This document shows, one piece after another, positions 1-12,543 of a DNA stretch of 39,737 nucleotides. The notes beneath the pieces were generated by a model that saw only the letters and a program-made list of their open reading frames with translations, did no database searches and was not told the origin of the DNA. Origin of the DNA: Vezdaea acicularis (Eukaryota); NCBI GenBank assembly GCA_026025075.1, contig JAPEUI010000062.1:62001-101737 (forward strand), written 5' to 3'. Every line of letters begins with the position of its first letter. Position 1 is the first letter of the stretch. Position numbers and translations under genes: made by a program.

Positions 1-1715
1 ATGCCTTCAAGCCAACGTCATATGAGCCAAGCTACGATCTCAATGAGCATCCGACTTACGATCCCCATTCTCGATCAGTGAGCACTCAACCGCCCGTGCG
101 TGGGTCGTCTTCTCCAGCGTTTGAGCCCTCCTACCGCTCATCGACTCCTCAGCCGTATGAGCCGATGAGGCACCAGATCGGCGCAGTCACTGTGGGGACA
201 GCTACGTCACTTTAGATAGCAACATAAGAGTTTCATTGACTACTTAGCGGCATATTCATCTTTCTACGTTACGCATTCCTGGCGTTTTGGTAGTTCTGGG
301 TCTATTGCATAGGTTGCATGGCGTCAATGCTTGTGCTTTTGATTTTATTAAGTCAATCAGCTTTAGAAATCTATTCCACGCGATGCTTTTATGAAGCATT
401 GGATTCTGATTCGTATTCCAACTTATCGCGTGCTGTGTACCTTTTGCGCGCATAACATATTCTTCTGATAGAATGTCATAACTTTAAGAAAGGGTCTTAT
501 GCTTAGTTGTCCTCTTTCGATTTACGTTCCTATTCCTGACCATGTCAATCTAGTTGGCGTGAAGCCAAGAAGCTCAGGTGCCACCAGGTGCTCTTTGCCA
601 TGCTTGCCAGACGCGGGTCATCTATTTCCCTCAATCTCCTGTCATGCAAGATCTGAAGGCCCACGTGCCTTCACCCGACCTCGACGTTTCGCGATCGTTC
701 ATACAGTCGAGGGAACCGGAACGAGGGGAAGGATTACAGGGTCTTTGTGGGGTCGGCTCCCTCGCTCTCGGGTCGCCTTTGATTCAAATCGGCGATCAAG
801 GGGGTTCGTCTGGGCGTGGATGTTTCCTGTTCACGATATCGCCACCCCTTATTGCAAAGTTTGTTGCAGACTTCATGATTACGTAGAGGATAGGTATGCC
901 TTTCGGTCTGGGGCGATGTTTGTGATTTGGAAGCTCCAACCGATCTCACAAGTAGGCTGAAAATTTGGCCTAGGCGGAGCAACTTCCCGCAACCCGAGCT
1001 GTGACATTTTTTCGACAGTTCTGAATTCTGCCCGACCAGGAAATTGACTTCGTATTCGTAGCGAAGCCGATGTGAGCCAGGAATTCTCAATTTTATTCCA
1101 AAGTCCCACGTGCGCCTCGTTTGAACAGGATATGGGTCATTACTCGTATTGTCCCATTCCTCCACGTCGATTCATCGTTCGCGCAAGCGTATCCATTACA
1201 ATTCTTCACCTTATATGATGCTCTGGGCCGCTGAGTGACTGGACACTCACAGTCTCGGTCACATTAGGGTTGTTGCGGTGGGGTAGTGCCGTGTTCAAGC
1301 AGACACGGCCACATAGACTTTTCCATAGATGCAGACTTTGCCATTTGATCGATCAATCATCTAACCACTTCACATGTCACCCCCTAACTCTGTGTGTGAC
1401 ATATACAGATTACGTTTCCTCCATCTTATCGTACATGGAGTCTAATCTATAATGGAACCCGACCATGTCCGGAACGCCGAACATGCTTTTCCGTCTTTTT
1501 ACATCTATCTTTCCAAACCATGCAATAAAACTCCGCTACAGCCGTAACGCCGTGTAAGAGATAGTCAAAGCATCCCTTCACTCACCTGAAAATACTCGTC
1601 GCGATGCCGCCTCAACTAGTCTATGCCAGAGGTTCTATTGACCTATATGTTGGCTAGGAGGGTATCCTGTCACGAATTGGGGCCATCTTAGTGCCCGACA
1701 CACGGCCTTTGGGCC

Positions 1716-3417
1716 TTAATGTCTCACAATAGCCCACCAAAAAATCCCCATTACTGCCCCAAGCAGAATCGCAAAGGGAACTTTTAGGCCGAAGGATGAG
1801 GTAAGCACAAACGTAGTCGCTGTGATAGCAATCCACCAGGGATCGGAACCCAGCGTCGTTCCATGCGGGTTGTTTTCGTTTAGAAGGCCGACATGCCACA
1901 ACCGGTAGACAGCGCAATATATCAACCCAATTGCCAAAGCATTGATGCCTCTTAAAAGACTATTCAGCCATTCCTGGGCTCTCAGGTGTGCCCATATCCC
2001 GAGGAAACCTGACGAGACCCACATCCCAGGAAGGAACATTCCAGTGAACCCAATGAGGGCACCCGCGATAGGGGAAGCGGGATTCGCAAGAGCGCCCAAG
2101 TAGACAGCAAGACTGAAGTTCGGCCCAGGGAACGCTTCGATGAAGGCAACACCAAGCAGGAAATTACGTGGCGAGACCCAGCCTTCGTTGACGATGTAGA
2201 CGTTGAGTAAAGTGACGGAAACCGGTCCACCACCTACGCGAGCTTAGCACTCTTCAATTTTTGGACATTAAGAAACGCAGCATCTTACCTATTATCAGAC
2301 AGCCAGCCAAAAAGAAATTAGAGAAGAGAGAGACGCTATGTGCTGGATGCTTGAGCAGAAGGCGCAAAAGGACGATGATCAGAAAGAAGGCGGCAAAGGA
2401 GCAGGTTAAATACACTCCCGTTCGCCATGACACGAGAGCAATCTCAGTCTTGATGCCTGTCGTGCTATTTACCGAGCTGACGTCGGCAGTTCGAACCGAA
2501 GCAGGCCCCTCCATAGATCGCTGCCCCCCTTCTCGTACGCATTCTTGGGGCTGTGCCAATTCGACGTCGACGACGGAATTCTCTGTAATTATTGGCTGTT
2601 TTACTCGAGCTTTTAATCGGCGTGATGCAAGCTGCAGCCAACCTCCGTCCCATAGCATAGTCGTCACTCCAGCAGTGAACATGAGAACAGGAAAGTACCA
2701 TATGGATGAGTACAACATCCCTGCTGCCCCACCGAGAAGAACGAGTAGTCGAGTCAGTTTGTCTGTGATAGCGTTTCGTGAAAGTTGAAGGGCTGCAGCA
2801 GCTATTATTCCCACAGTAGCAGAATTGATTCCTGATAATAAGGCGTAGACTGGCCCCGGGAGCTTGTCGCCAATATGCGATACACTCAAGGCCAGTCCAA
2901 ACATTCCAACTGAGCTAGGAAGACTGTCGATAATATAGAATTAGATTGAAAGCTTCGAAACTAGCTGAAAGGAGCGAAGGCATACCACCACAGAACAAAC
3001 GTTACAATGCCCGCTCGAAGTCCACCATGTATCCACATGAAAGTCACAATCATTTTCGTGCTTGCTGAGCCAGGGAGGGCCTGGAAGAGAGCAAAAAGCT
3101 CTTGATACTGCACGGTGTAAGCGGGTTAATTTATTTACCCAAGTAAGTTGCAGAAATGCGCATTACTTACTAGAGATTCCTCTATCCATTTCAGGTCTTC
3201 TACAAACTTTTGATGAAACTGTAACTGTGAGAATCGCACTTGTTCAAGAGCTTTCAGTACATACCGTTCGAAATTGTACACAAGTACCACCGAAGGACGT
3301 GAAGCCTAGATGCCATGTCTCCTTGATAACTTCCCTGAAGGCATCTCTTTCCAATTCAGGTACGTGGTATAACCGACGAGCGCGCTCTAGAATTGCTTGG
3401 GTGGAGAAGCAAACCAT
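1716..3417 (-). CDS. CHR-family (long-chain) chromate ion transporter, ~491 aa, 5 exons (3417-3265, 3218-3171, 3107-2986, 2923-2289, 2233-1716)
   Basis: The spliced frame reads HLGFTSFGG...FHQKFVEDLKWI...YQELFALFQALPG...STKM, and the second repeat reads IIGGGPV...YIVNEGWVSPRNFLLGVAFIEAFPGPNF. These are CHR signature motifs. All introns are GT-AG and the CDS totals 1476 nt. Confidence 0.9.
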
Positions 3418-4876
3418 GATTCTAGATGCGCAGGAAGAGAGCTTCTTGCGCCGTAAGGAAAACACAACACGATAGGAACAGAGGTCGTACGACTCTTTTC
3501 ATGGCCAATTACAAAAGGAAGCAGAGCAGAGGATACGACTCTTATCCGCAGGAAAGAAAGCCGCAGGAAAAGAAAGGTCCGAGATATACACCTCAGCACG
3601 TTCTGCGCTCGCCCAAAGGATCTGAGGTACATATCGTCACTCGGGCTCTTAGAACCGTCGAGCATACATCATTACCAGGATTGAAGGGTTCCTACGGCTG
3701 AGGCGCTCATTAGAGCTGATCTTCCCTGGCCTAGGGTGAAATTTTGCGAGAATACCACCCCCAACCCACATTTGAACGGACGCTAAAGTCTCCGACTTAT
3801 CGTGCGACCTATGAGCTGAAACGGATCGAGATCCCAGGAAAGAAGTAACGTGTTGGTTCCCGATAATGATCAAAGCACTTTCACGTTGCTGTGACCTCTC
3901 CAATTGACTCGTCATAGAGAACCTGAGTAGGTAATGACGATTGCCGACAAAACCCGGTACGGCAGAACAGAGCACGTATGCAGGGGAAGGGACTAAGGAA
4001 AGACCTGACGATTGTGCAGGCCCGCAAAAATTCCATACGATGGAAGGTGGTTCCATCTGGGGTAAGCTGTCAAAGGATGAGCTAGAAGCTCGATATCCGG
4101 CGGTGCCGTCCCAACAAAGACACAAAAAGATCTAAGCGTGGATGCTCATACTAGCCCCTCATACGTAAGCGGCGAGATCCATGAGGGCCGTTTCTTTCAT
4201 TCATCTCCAGGATGAGAAGGATTTTCGCGAATTGTGATGAGCATAAAATTCTACGGAGGAGGTCGCGTTGTTGTGTCAGGTTGCAGGATGGCGGGTGCGG
4301 TGGTTATAAACCGCATGCTCCCGTGCGTTCTCCGCATTTCGGTTCGCTAGGCTCGATCCTCCACGATCTGACAAACACCGAAGGAAGCTAGATTCAAGCC
4401 TTTTTCGCACTATATGAGCGCCTTTAGCCGGTTCAAAGAGATGTTGGGTAATGAAATCACAGCTTCGATTGCCTTTGAATGGCTTGCGATGCTGTCGCTG
4501 GAGTAGACAGGCGGAAACTGAGCAAGTAGTGTTTGGCATGCTTCTACATGCTACTATCGTATCACGTGGACGGCTTCAGATAGTGTCTTAGATAAGATCG
4601 ACAGAAAGTCTCCGCCGGATTGAACCTGAATCGGCGCTATCATCGCGTTGCTTTTACCAAGAATAAGAACATGCCGGGGTATCGCTGTTTCGTAGCTACC
4701 GTTTCGAAAGCAAACACTAGCTGAAAATCTTGTGCGGGCAGTGGTCGGACTCTCCCGTTCAAAGATTCCTCCAATCCCCCTCTATAGCCTGGTACGAGTA
4801 AGGCTGCTTCATCGCTTTAAGCACAGCATCGTCAGTGTCGAACGTTCCGCCGAGAACATACCATACGACCATATCT

Positions 4877-5449
4877 TTAGTCTTTCCTTCGCATGGTTGA
4901 TGGCTCCCGATTGTCCCCAAAGGCACCAGCAAGGTATGCTATGCGTATTGTCATCATCACGTTCTATCAGAGTCAGTGGAGGGCTACCGAGTTGCCAAGC
5001 ATGCTTAACATACCGAGATTATAACATTTCCCCACATATTCCCACTCCAACTTCCCACATCTAACATGTTGTCCCGTCCCATTCCCACAGCTAGTGCAGT
5101 CAAATGCCCAATATCTCCCAGTGTTACTGCGGCAAGATATCTCCACAACAGTTTTGAATCTGCACTAGTCCACAGCACCACAGCAGTAATGTACGTGAAA
5201 ACGGCCCACATATTACTTATATGTAGTGCAAGTCCTAAGTCATTTCGTGAGATGGGTGTTAAAGGCGTGCCTGGAATCTGCATGGCGACAAATTGTTCAG
5301 GCGAAGACAGAATTTGAGCAATGCCCAGGACCCTGAATCTGAAGTTAGCAAGACATTTGTTAACGGACTCGGTGGTGTGGCACTCACATGCAGATCGGCT
5401 CAATGACTGTAAACGCGTAGTTAGGGATTGCTGGAAGAATAGGATTCAT
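4877..5449 (-). CDS. Small conserved-type fungal multi-pass membrane protein, ~155 aa, 3 exons (5449-5388, 5332-5014, 4963-4877)
   Basis: Reads MNPILPAIPNYAFTVIEPICM|VLGIAQIL...LLWRYLAAVTLGDIGHL...WSGNMWGNVIIS|NVMMTIRIAYLAGAFG. Donors are GTGAGT and GTATGT, with GCTAAC and CTGAC branch sites. It has about 4 hydrophobic segments, and the GDIGH...W...WGN pattern is typical of an uncharacterised ascomycete membrane family. Confidence 0.8.
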
Positions 5450-6347
5450 TGTAGCTGATTATGCTTGAACCAAGCGGTTGGAGAGGAGATTGGGTCTTTG
5501 GTGGTCCAACCGGCCTCTTTGACGGGTTTGTACGGTTCATTTGGCTCCTTCTGCGCTCCCTTGTATGGATGATATATTTCAGTGTAGCCGGACAACGAGG
5601 GAAAATGTCTGGCTCCCGGTGGAGAGAATGCGTAGCAATCCGGATAAGAGTGGGGATCATGCATCCTCAAGATTTATGGACAGCCTTGATTGGAGTGTGG
5701 TCGGCCCCCACCAGATTCATAAGCCAGGCGCTTCGAAATCTGAAAGCGAAAGCGAAATCGATACCTTCCCATTGGCTTGGCCGATCGGCCCTTCAAGCCC
5801 AATGCCCAGTTGACCTTCGGCCCCCAAGGGTATCATTGACAACTACAAGCGGGCGATAAGTCGGTGACAAGATATCAAAGTCTTTCGGCGACTGTTCGTG
5901 GCGCTCTTTTGTTGGTCTAGAGTCTGTATATGCGAGTCTTCACTCGAGAGATAGATAAAGGGGTTTCAATGAATGGGGAGCAGCTTGCATCTAGATTTCT
6001 GAATATCCATCCATGGTATCGGCGAATTGCCATACTCGAAGATAAGTAGCTCCTATTTGTATGCGCAGCTTTCTACGTGCCGAGCAAGCTCCCCTCAAAT
6101 GGATAACGCCTACGGTGAGCAATTTCTCGTTGGACGGCCTCATCATGTCTGCTCTAGATGGATTGTTACGTTTCGGAAATGTTTTTAAGCACCAGAGCTT
6201 TTACGCTTTGCAATCTTGAGAGGGCATTCTCTGAACTTGTCTTTTGAGCTAATGATATCATCGAGGTTTGGGTCCTATTCGACCCGGGTATAAATCGCTG
6301 CTCCTTGACCACAACTTCTAGCTTCCGCCAGATCCTGAGGCAAAATT

Positions 6348-7013
6348 TCATCTTTCCCGTTCTATCTCATCAGACATTTCAAGGACGATTTTGAAATATT
6401 TCCTTTCCTTTCTCTCGCGACGGCTCCGGTTTCTCTGCGGGCCTTCTTTCATCAGCGTTTCGTCTTCACCAGTCTCCAAAACCTCTAGCCTCGCAACTAC
6501 CCCAGACTTAGCCCAGATCGAATTCCACTTCCTTAGAACCGCTGCAACTGTTTCCTTCTGATTCTTGCGATCACAATCAGGCTCGTCGGTTTCTTCAAGC
6601 CCTTTCTTAACGTTATTGATGACTTGCTTTCGTAGTACATACCGCCCAAGCTTATATGATGGACGTGGAGCCATTATTACTAGTGCAACACTAACGCCAA
6701 CTGCAGTGGCTAAGAATTTCTGGCTCGAAGTCGGAGATGCAGCACGTTGGAGGTCTCGAGTAAAGAAGAACCAATCGTTGAGGGAGATGTTAAAGTCGAA
6801 GAGAGAAGGGTGATAGAGGAAGCCGGTGGAAGGAAGATCTCCAGTGGTCGAAATGGTGAGAGAGGACTGCGATTCTTGCGAGGAAGTTGTAGAGAGGGTC
6901 CAGTACGGAGGAGGCTCAGTCTTGTCAAGACTATCCACCGGATTGACAAGGTGGGACACATAGGTAGGTGGAGGCACAGAGTAGTCCATTGAGGAATTAT
7001 ATGTTTGCTCCAT
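6348..7013 (-). CDS. Hypothetical protein, 221 aa, single exon
   Basis: ATG-started 666-nt ORF with two PPxY motifs (PPTY, PPPY), a YHPSL...ISLNDWFFFTRDL block, one hydrophobic stretch and WNSIW...ARLE. Confidence 0.7.
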   Translation of the reverse strand: MEQTYNSSMDYSVPPPTYVSHLVNPVDSLDKTEPPPYWTLSTTSSQESQSSLTISTTGDLPSTGFLYHPSLFDFNISLNDWFFFTRDLQRAASPTSSQKFLATAVGVSVALVIMAPRPSYKLGRYVLRKQVINNVKKGLEETDEPDCDRKNQKETVAAVLRKWNSIWAKSGVVARLEVLETGEDETLMKEGPQRNRSRRERKERKYFKIVLEMSDEIERER

Positions 7014-9465
7014 TGTAGGTATGTCTATCGTACTATTTGATCATGCGACCTCTTATTATCGAGATTGGATTAAGTAGACCTGTCGAGAGGCTAGGAACGA
7101 TCTTGAGGATGAAATCGATGTTTGGAATTTGACTCTAGAGGGCGGAGCCTTCAATTTATTAAGTTTGTCGGACCATAATGACGACCCTTCTGACGGTACC
7201 AAATCCATTCGCATCGTCATGCCTAAGGACTGATATTCTGCGTTGAGGGAGCTTACGTGCGTTGCTCCATTGCGATTAAGCATGTCGTCTAATTCATGGC
7301 GTCCAGCAGGCCGTCAGCCAATCAAGGGCGGAATCGGGCTGACCTTACGTCCGTATCCCACAAATCTTCGCACGGACATTGCGTGTCGCCCCACGCTAGG
7401 AGATCTCATAGTCGGCGAAGTTCCTCCGACCGCCGTCTAGCGCTACAGTAGATGCTGAAATCTTCCGTACGAACGACAAGTTAAATGACAGCTTCAATAA
7501 TTTTGGGGTCCGGATGATGGGCCATTTAGCCCCCAAATTCTCTATGATCTACCGCCTATGTTTTCACAACTTCAGGGGGCTTCACTTGCTATCACATGGC
7601 CGGGCATGCCTACTGAGTGTCCCATCCAGATTCTCTGACTTTTATTCTCCTAGCATCTAAGATACGTCTTGTTCTTGCTTCATCGAAAAATTTTCTCCAT
7701 CTACCCTCTCTTCCTAAGTACTTCCCTCGAACGGCCAATGACGTCAGAGGTAATAAGGCTTGTGATTGGCTGCTCGTAGGGTATGTTTTCGGGACATATT
7801 GGCCTGAACTTTTTATGCTTGTGCCCTCAGAACCATCGCTACTGCTCGAAATTCCTCTAGGATGACACATTCCAAGTCACATGATGTAGGTACGTTTACC
7901 CGGATGTTCTGAAGTGCGATTCTATCAAGCATTGCGTATCTGCAGTATGTAGAACGACTAGGCGCCGTGTCAACATGCTGCTCAATCATTCCAGCGGAGC
8001 ATTTGGTTCACCACCACTGATGCCGAGGTAGAAACAGCGTGTGAAGTGGCTAACCTCTACGTTGGGACAGTTCTGGCCATTATCCAAGCGTTTCTACACT
8101 TGCTCATGTGTTCCGACTGTAGGGAGAACGGTAATTGGCCAATCATCTGCCGCTTCGGTCTTTCCAATTTCAATCTATTGCATCAACAAATTCTCGCAAG
8201 CTGCGGCGGCTGACACAGTAAGTCTCAAGACGGCATCATTTGGCCTTAGAGTCATCTAAGATTAAGTCGCGGGTGATGCTAAGGGCTTGCTCGGTCGTCA
8301 AAAGTCCTATAGGTTAAGTCACGTCCCGTGTAGATGGAAACTGCGTGGATGTTGTGATTTGTAAGATTGTTCTTCCCTATTTCGTTCTTTGACAACGCGA
8401 TCATAAAGATGTCCTGCTCGGAGAATATGAAGAAAGCAGCGGCAAATAGCAAACAGATCAGCGATGAAACCCGGGTTCAAATGTCCTGCAGGAGCTGCAT
8501 TAATGCTCAAGCGACCTCTGATAGAAATAGAGCGATTGGAATCTTCAGCCATCTACCCAGATACTGTGGGACAGGCATTCACTATCTGTAGACTTGAGGC
8601 CGACTCCTTGCGCCTGACTGTAGAGTTGAGATAGATCTGTGGGCCAGGGGTGATTATGGACGTTTATAGACTTCTAGTCGGTGAGAGGAAAGTAACCAAT
8701 TAGGTTGTAATATGGTTGAGGCCAACAACAGTCATATGATGCATGGTATGGTTCAAATCTTGTCACATGTGAACAAATAAAATTGAGCTTACCAAGCATT
8801 AATCATATCACCACTTTCTAGATAGCGATATCCCTTAATTAGGCATGGTGCAATAAGTTATGCCAAACGCTATACTATCCTTCCGCAGCTCGGAGCGGCT
8901 TCTCAAGCTTCCGGTAGAGATAGCTCTAAGAATGACGTCTTCATGTGCGACTAAGCGCATTAGATTAATAATTCAGGAACGCAGTCCTGGGGCAAGGTGG
9001 AAGACAAAGATCTCGCATACGAAAGTGGGGGGAGCGGGGTCGCCATACCAAGATCCTACCAAATTAAGGAGCATATAGCGGCACCAGAAAGACTCGAATT
9101 CTTTTGTAAATTCGAGAACACGTTGAAGAGCAGTTGTAGTGTACGAATTGAGACTTCTGGAGAATTCAGACCAATTTTGGTGCTTCAACAGGGCAACGCA
9201 GGCGACGGACCCTTTTTGTGCATGCGAAACCTATGACAAACCACCCTCAAGATACTGGAGGTAATTACCTCTGACTAGCGTCGGGGACATCCATGGCGAA
9301 TGTGTCCGATGCCTACCCTGTTCTACCTTAAGATAGAAACTCATACACTGACTTAAAGCGCCCTTAGACAGCGGGAAGCTTTAACAACGTTCCCCGCTTA
9401 AATTCGATATATCAGCAACCCCTCCCAACACCCTCAAATCCATTTGCAAGGCACCAAAGTCTAAC

Positions 9466-10706
9466 ATGTCGATTCCCACAACTGAAAGAGCCATTATTAT
9501 TAAAGGCCCAAAGGAGGCCGAACTCGTCTACGATCATCCAGTGCCAAAGGTTCGCCTAGGATACATCTTGGTTAAGAATGTTGCAGTGGCTCTGAACCCT
9601 ACCGACTGGAAACATAGTATATCTTACTGCGATTCCCTTCAATATGAGGCTCAATTCTAACGGTTTCTTCAGTTGATAGTGATGCCCTCGTAAGGGACGC
9701 TTTACTCTGAACTTTGGTCCATTATTAACAAACCTGCAAAGGCTTCCCCTGGAGCTATAGTAGGATGTGATTTTGCAGGTACAGTTGTTGCGATTGGAGA
9801 TGGCGTGAAGAAAGACCTTAAGCTAGGGGAGCGCATCACTTCCTTTAGCCATGGTTCGAGCCACCTCGATCATGAGAAAGGTGCCTTTTGCGACTACGTC
9901 CTTGTGCCGGGCGACAACGTCGCTCGTATTCCAGATAGCTTATCTTTTGAGGACGCTTCGACTCTAAGCGTAGGCCTAATCACCGTAGGGCAAGCCATGT
10001 ATCAATCTCTGAAGCTACCAGAGCCGGGCTCCGCTGATCCCGGCGAAAAGAAATCCGTCCTAATCTACGGAGGGAGTACTGCGACTGGCACTATCGCTAT
10101 CCAATTTGCAAAACTGTAAGGAGTCAACCGTGACGTATTACCTCATCCAGCTAACCTTCAGCTAGATCTGGATTGCATGTTATCACGGTCTGCTCATCTT
10201 CAAACTTCCCGCTGGTAAAGTCACGGGGCGCGGATGAGACATATGATTACAAAAGTCCCGATGTTGGAAAGAAGATCAGGGCAGATACCAACAACACCCT
10301 CCAATACTGCCTCGACACCGTTAATGAGCCCCAGACAGCAGCCATCTGTGGCGACGCGCTCTCTGACAAGTTACCAGCCTATTTCACGGGCCTGACCAGG
10401 ACTCCTGCTCCCCGCGAAGACCTGGCACTGAACGCATCCACGATGGCGTATACCTCATTGGGCGAAGAAATTCAATTCGGTCCAAATGGTCCTAAAGTTC
10501 CTGCCTTACCTGAGCACAAGAAGTTCGCCGAGCATTGGTATGACTTGAGTGAGAAGCTCCTTGCGGAGGGGAAGCTCAAGGGGCACCCTGCAGATATCAG
10601 ACCAGGTGGGCTGAAGGGCGTCTTGAGTGGACTAGACGATCTGAAAAACGGCAAGGTCAGTGGGAAGAAGCTGGTCTATCGCGTGTCCGAGACGCCTGCA
10701 AAATGA
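9466..10706 (+). CDS. MDR-superfamily enoyl-reductase-like oxidoreductase (LovC/TOXD type), ~360 aa, 4 exons (9466-9616, 9673-9689, 9742-10115, 10166-10706)
   Basis: Motifs [25 protein letters not shown], the NADPH-binding [10 protein letters not shown] and the C-terminal [10 protein letters not shown]. Introns are GT-AG and the CDS totals 1083 nt. Confidence 0.92.
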
Positions 10707-11009
10707 TAGTCTAGACCGTATGAGAATATAAGCTGAAATCATTGAATCAATCGGTGCACATTGTAGGGGCTGCTGGTCCCGAACAACGAGTCTGAGGTCT
10801 GAGCTTGTTCATCGATACCGTACCAATATTGCTTCATTATGCGATCGGTGCTTTTCCAGTTCCAATGCATGAAAGGTATTTACTTCTGTTGGTTCTTGCC
10901 TGCACTTTTCAAATAACGCTCCGAGGATTGTTCCTTGACAGATTGACCCCGCGCTTATCCGTGGGACGGATGGCCTTCTCCGATACGCGACGGTCTCCAC
11001 CCTACCCTC

Positions 11010-11051
11010 TTCGGTCCGCTCCGCCAAAAGTGGCAAATCGGCTCTTCCCGA
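11010..11051 (+). promoter_or_regulatory. Two CGG-N6-CCG Zn2Cys6 sites (UaY/PPR1 type) in the xanA promoter
   Basis: TCGG-ctcttc-CCGA at 11038-11051 is a perfect match to the UaY consensus TCGG-N6-CCGA. TCGG-tccgct-CCGC at 11011-11024 has one mismatch. Both lie 170-210 nt upstream of the ATG, followed by TATAAG near 11084 and CGATAG at 11134. Confidence 0.7.
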
Positions 11052-11218
11052 AAGGAGCAATTACTATGATCGCAGTCACGATTATAAGAGTACGGCACCC
11101 CATTCATAGGAATTAATTTCTCTTCAGCAACAGCGATAGCAAATCGAAAAAGTCAAAGCTAGCTCCCATAAGAATTATATTCCTTTCCGTGCGCGCACAT
11201 TAGCATCAAACCACAATC

Positions 11219-12358
11219 ATGACCGTCCCTGAATCCCCCATAACCGTCACGCCCCTAACCCCTCCTCCCAACTCGACGATTAACTTCGGCGCCACCATCA
11301 ACAATGCTAACCTCCAAAAGCTCACTCCCGCCGACTTCGCCGTGATCCGAAAGGCACTCTACGAGCACCAAGTCATAATCTTCAAGAACCAGCAAGCGCT
11401 CACTCCTTACGAGCAATACCACCTGACCTCCCTCTTCGACCCCTCGAACCCGGGCTCCTACGGCCACGGCGCCACCCTCGACGCCAAGCGCTCCATCTTG
11501 CACCCAGACTTGAAGACGATTCCGTCTCAGCCGCAGGTACAAGTGATCGGCAATGGGTTCGTTGCATCCTATGAGGGGCTAGAGAACATCACCCTCAAGC
11601 ATCCCCACCACAAGACCTTCCACGCGACGGCCATCCCGGACGAGGACGACCTTGATTTCACGCGCTTCTATCGCTGGCATATCGATGCTGCGCTGTACGG
11701 CTTGAACCCGCCCAAGGTCACATCCTTGCTCGCAGTGCGCGTCCCAGGTGGAAGACAGCAGACGCTGCGCTATGATGACGGAACGGGGAATGAGCTGCAG
11801 GTCCCGCTCGGCACGACAGCGTTCGTGAGCGGATACGAGATGTTCGATATCCTGTCCGAGTCCGACAAGGCGTTCGTGCTTGGCAGCAAGATCGAGTATG
11901 CGGCACACCCCTATATCTGGATGAGCGGCGCGAAGAGCCTTTCTGACGGGCTAGGGCTGGTCAGCGAAGGGAAGGAACTCCCTGCTACAGAGCTACCACC
12001 AATTGAGGAGGAGAAGATCCAGATCCTCCCTATGGCGTGGCGGAACCCCGTTACAGGGCGTTGGGCGGTGCAGATTCACCCAAGTGCTGTGCGTCGGATT
12101 CACAAGGCCGATGGGACTGTCGTCGAGGATCTCGCGGAGGTGCGCGCTATTGTGCACAGGCTCCAGAGACCTGGCATCGCGCCGCAGCGTGTTTATGCCC
12201 ATGATTGGGAGGAAGGCGATTTGGTTCTGTTCAATAACCATGGCGTCCTCCATTCAGTGGTGGGTGCCTTTGCTAAGGAGGAAGTCAGGCTATTCAGGCA
12301 GTGCAATATGGCCGCTTCCGAGGGACCCGTGGGACCGGACGCCGTGGAGGCTTGTTAG
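11219..12358 (+). CDS. xanA: Alpha-ketoglutarate/Fe(II)-dependent xanthine dioxygenase (TauD/TfdA family), 379 aa, intronless
   Basis: XanA-typical segments SILHPDLKTIP, LKHPHHKTFH and TRFYRWHIDAALY (HxD iron ligands), plus HDWEEGDLVLFNNHGVLHSVVG and RLFRQCN. Confidence 0.92.
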   Translation: MTVPESPITVTPLTPPPNSTINFGATINNANLQKLTPADFAVIRKALYEHQVIIFKNQQALTPYEQYHLTSLFDPSNPGSYGHGATLDAKRSILHPDLKTIPSQPQVQVIGNGFVASYEGLENITLKHPHHKTFHATAIPDEDDLDFTRFYRWHIDAALYGLNPPKVTSLLAVRVPGGRQQTLRYDDGTGNELQVPLGTTAFVSGYEMFDILSESDKAFVLGSKIEYAAHPYIWMSGAKSLSDGLGLVSEGKELPATELPPIEEEKIQILPMAWRNPVTGRWAVQIHPSAVRRIHKADGTVVEDLAEVRAIVHRLQRPGIAPQRVYAHDWEEGDLVLFNNHGVLHSVVGAFAKEEVRLFRQCNMAASEGPVGPDAVEAC

Positions 12359-12543
12359 GTGGAGGTTAAGGATATTGTAGATATTGGGCCGTAGGTGGCG
12401 TTAATAGAAGTTAGGGTATCTTTGCTTATTTGAATCAGTTGCTATGGCCAGATGTGCAAATAAAGTGAGAAGAGTATACGTAACGCTGATACCTAAATTC
12501 TGAATAGGGCAGCTCCGCTATATCTGCAGTTGTATGTCCGATC

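Noticed and set aside
256..1452. Several 60-150 aa ORFs at the left end
   Set aside because: No recognisable domain and no consistent splice model, and most have non-ATG starts. A decayed gene cannot be excluded without BLASTx.
7499..7539. Imperfect inverted repeat AATTTTGGGG...CCCCAAATT
   Set aside because: Too short for a MITE, with no second copy seen in the window.
7056..9236. Short ORFs or a possible pseudogene upstream of the reductase
   Set aside because: No recognisable protein or transposon similarity and no terminal repeats.
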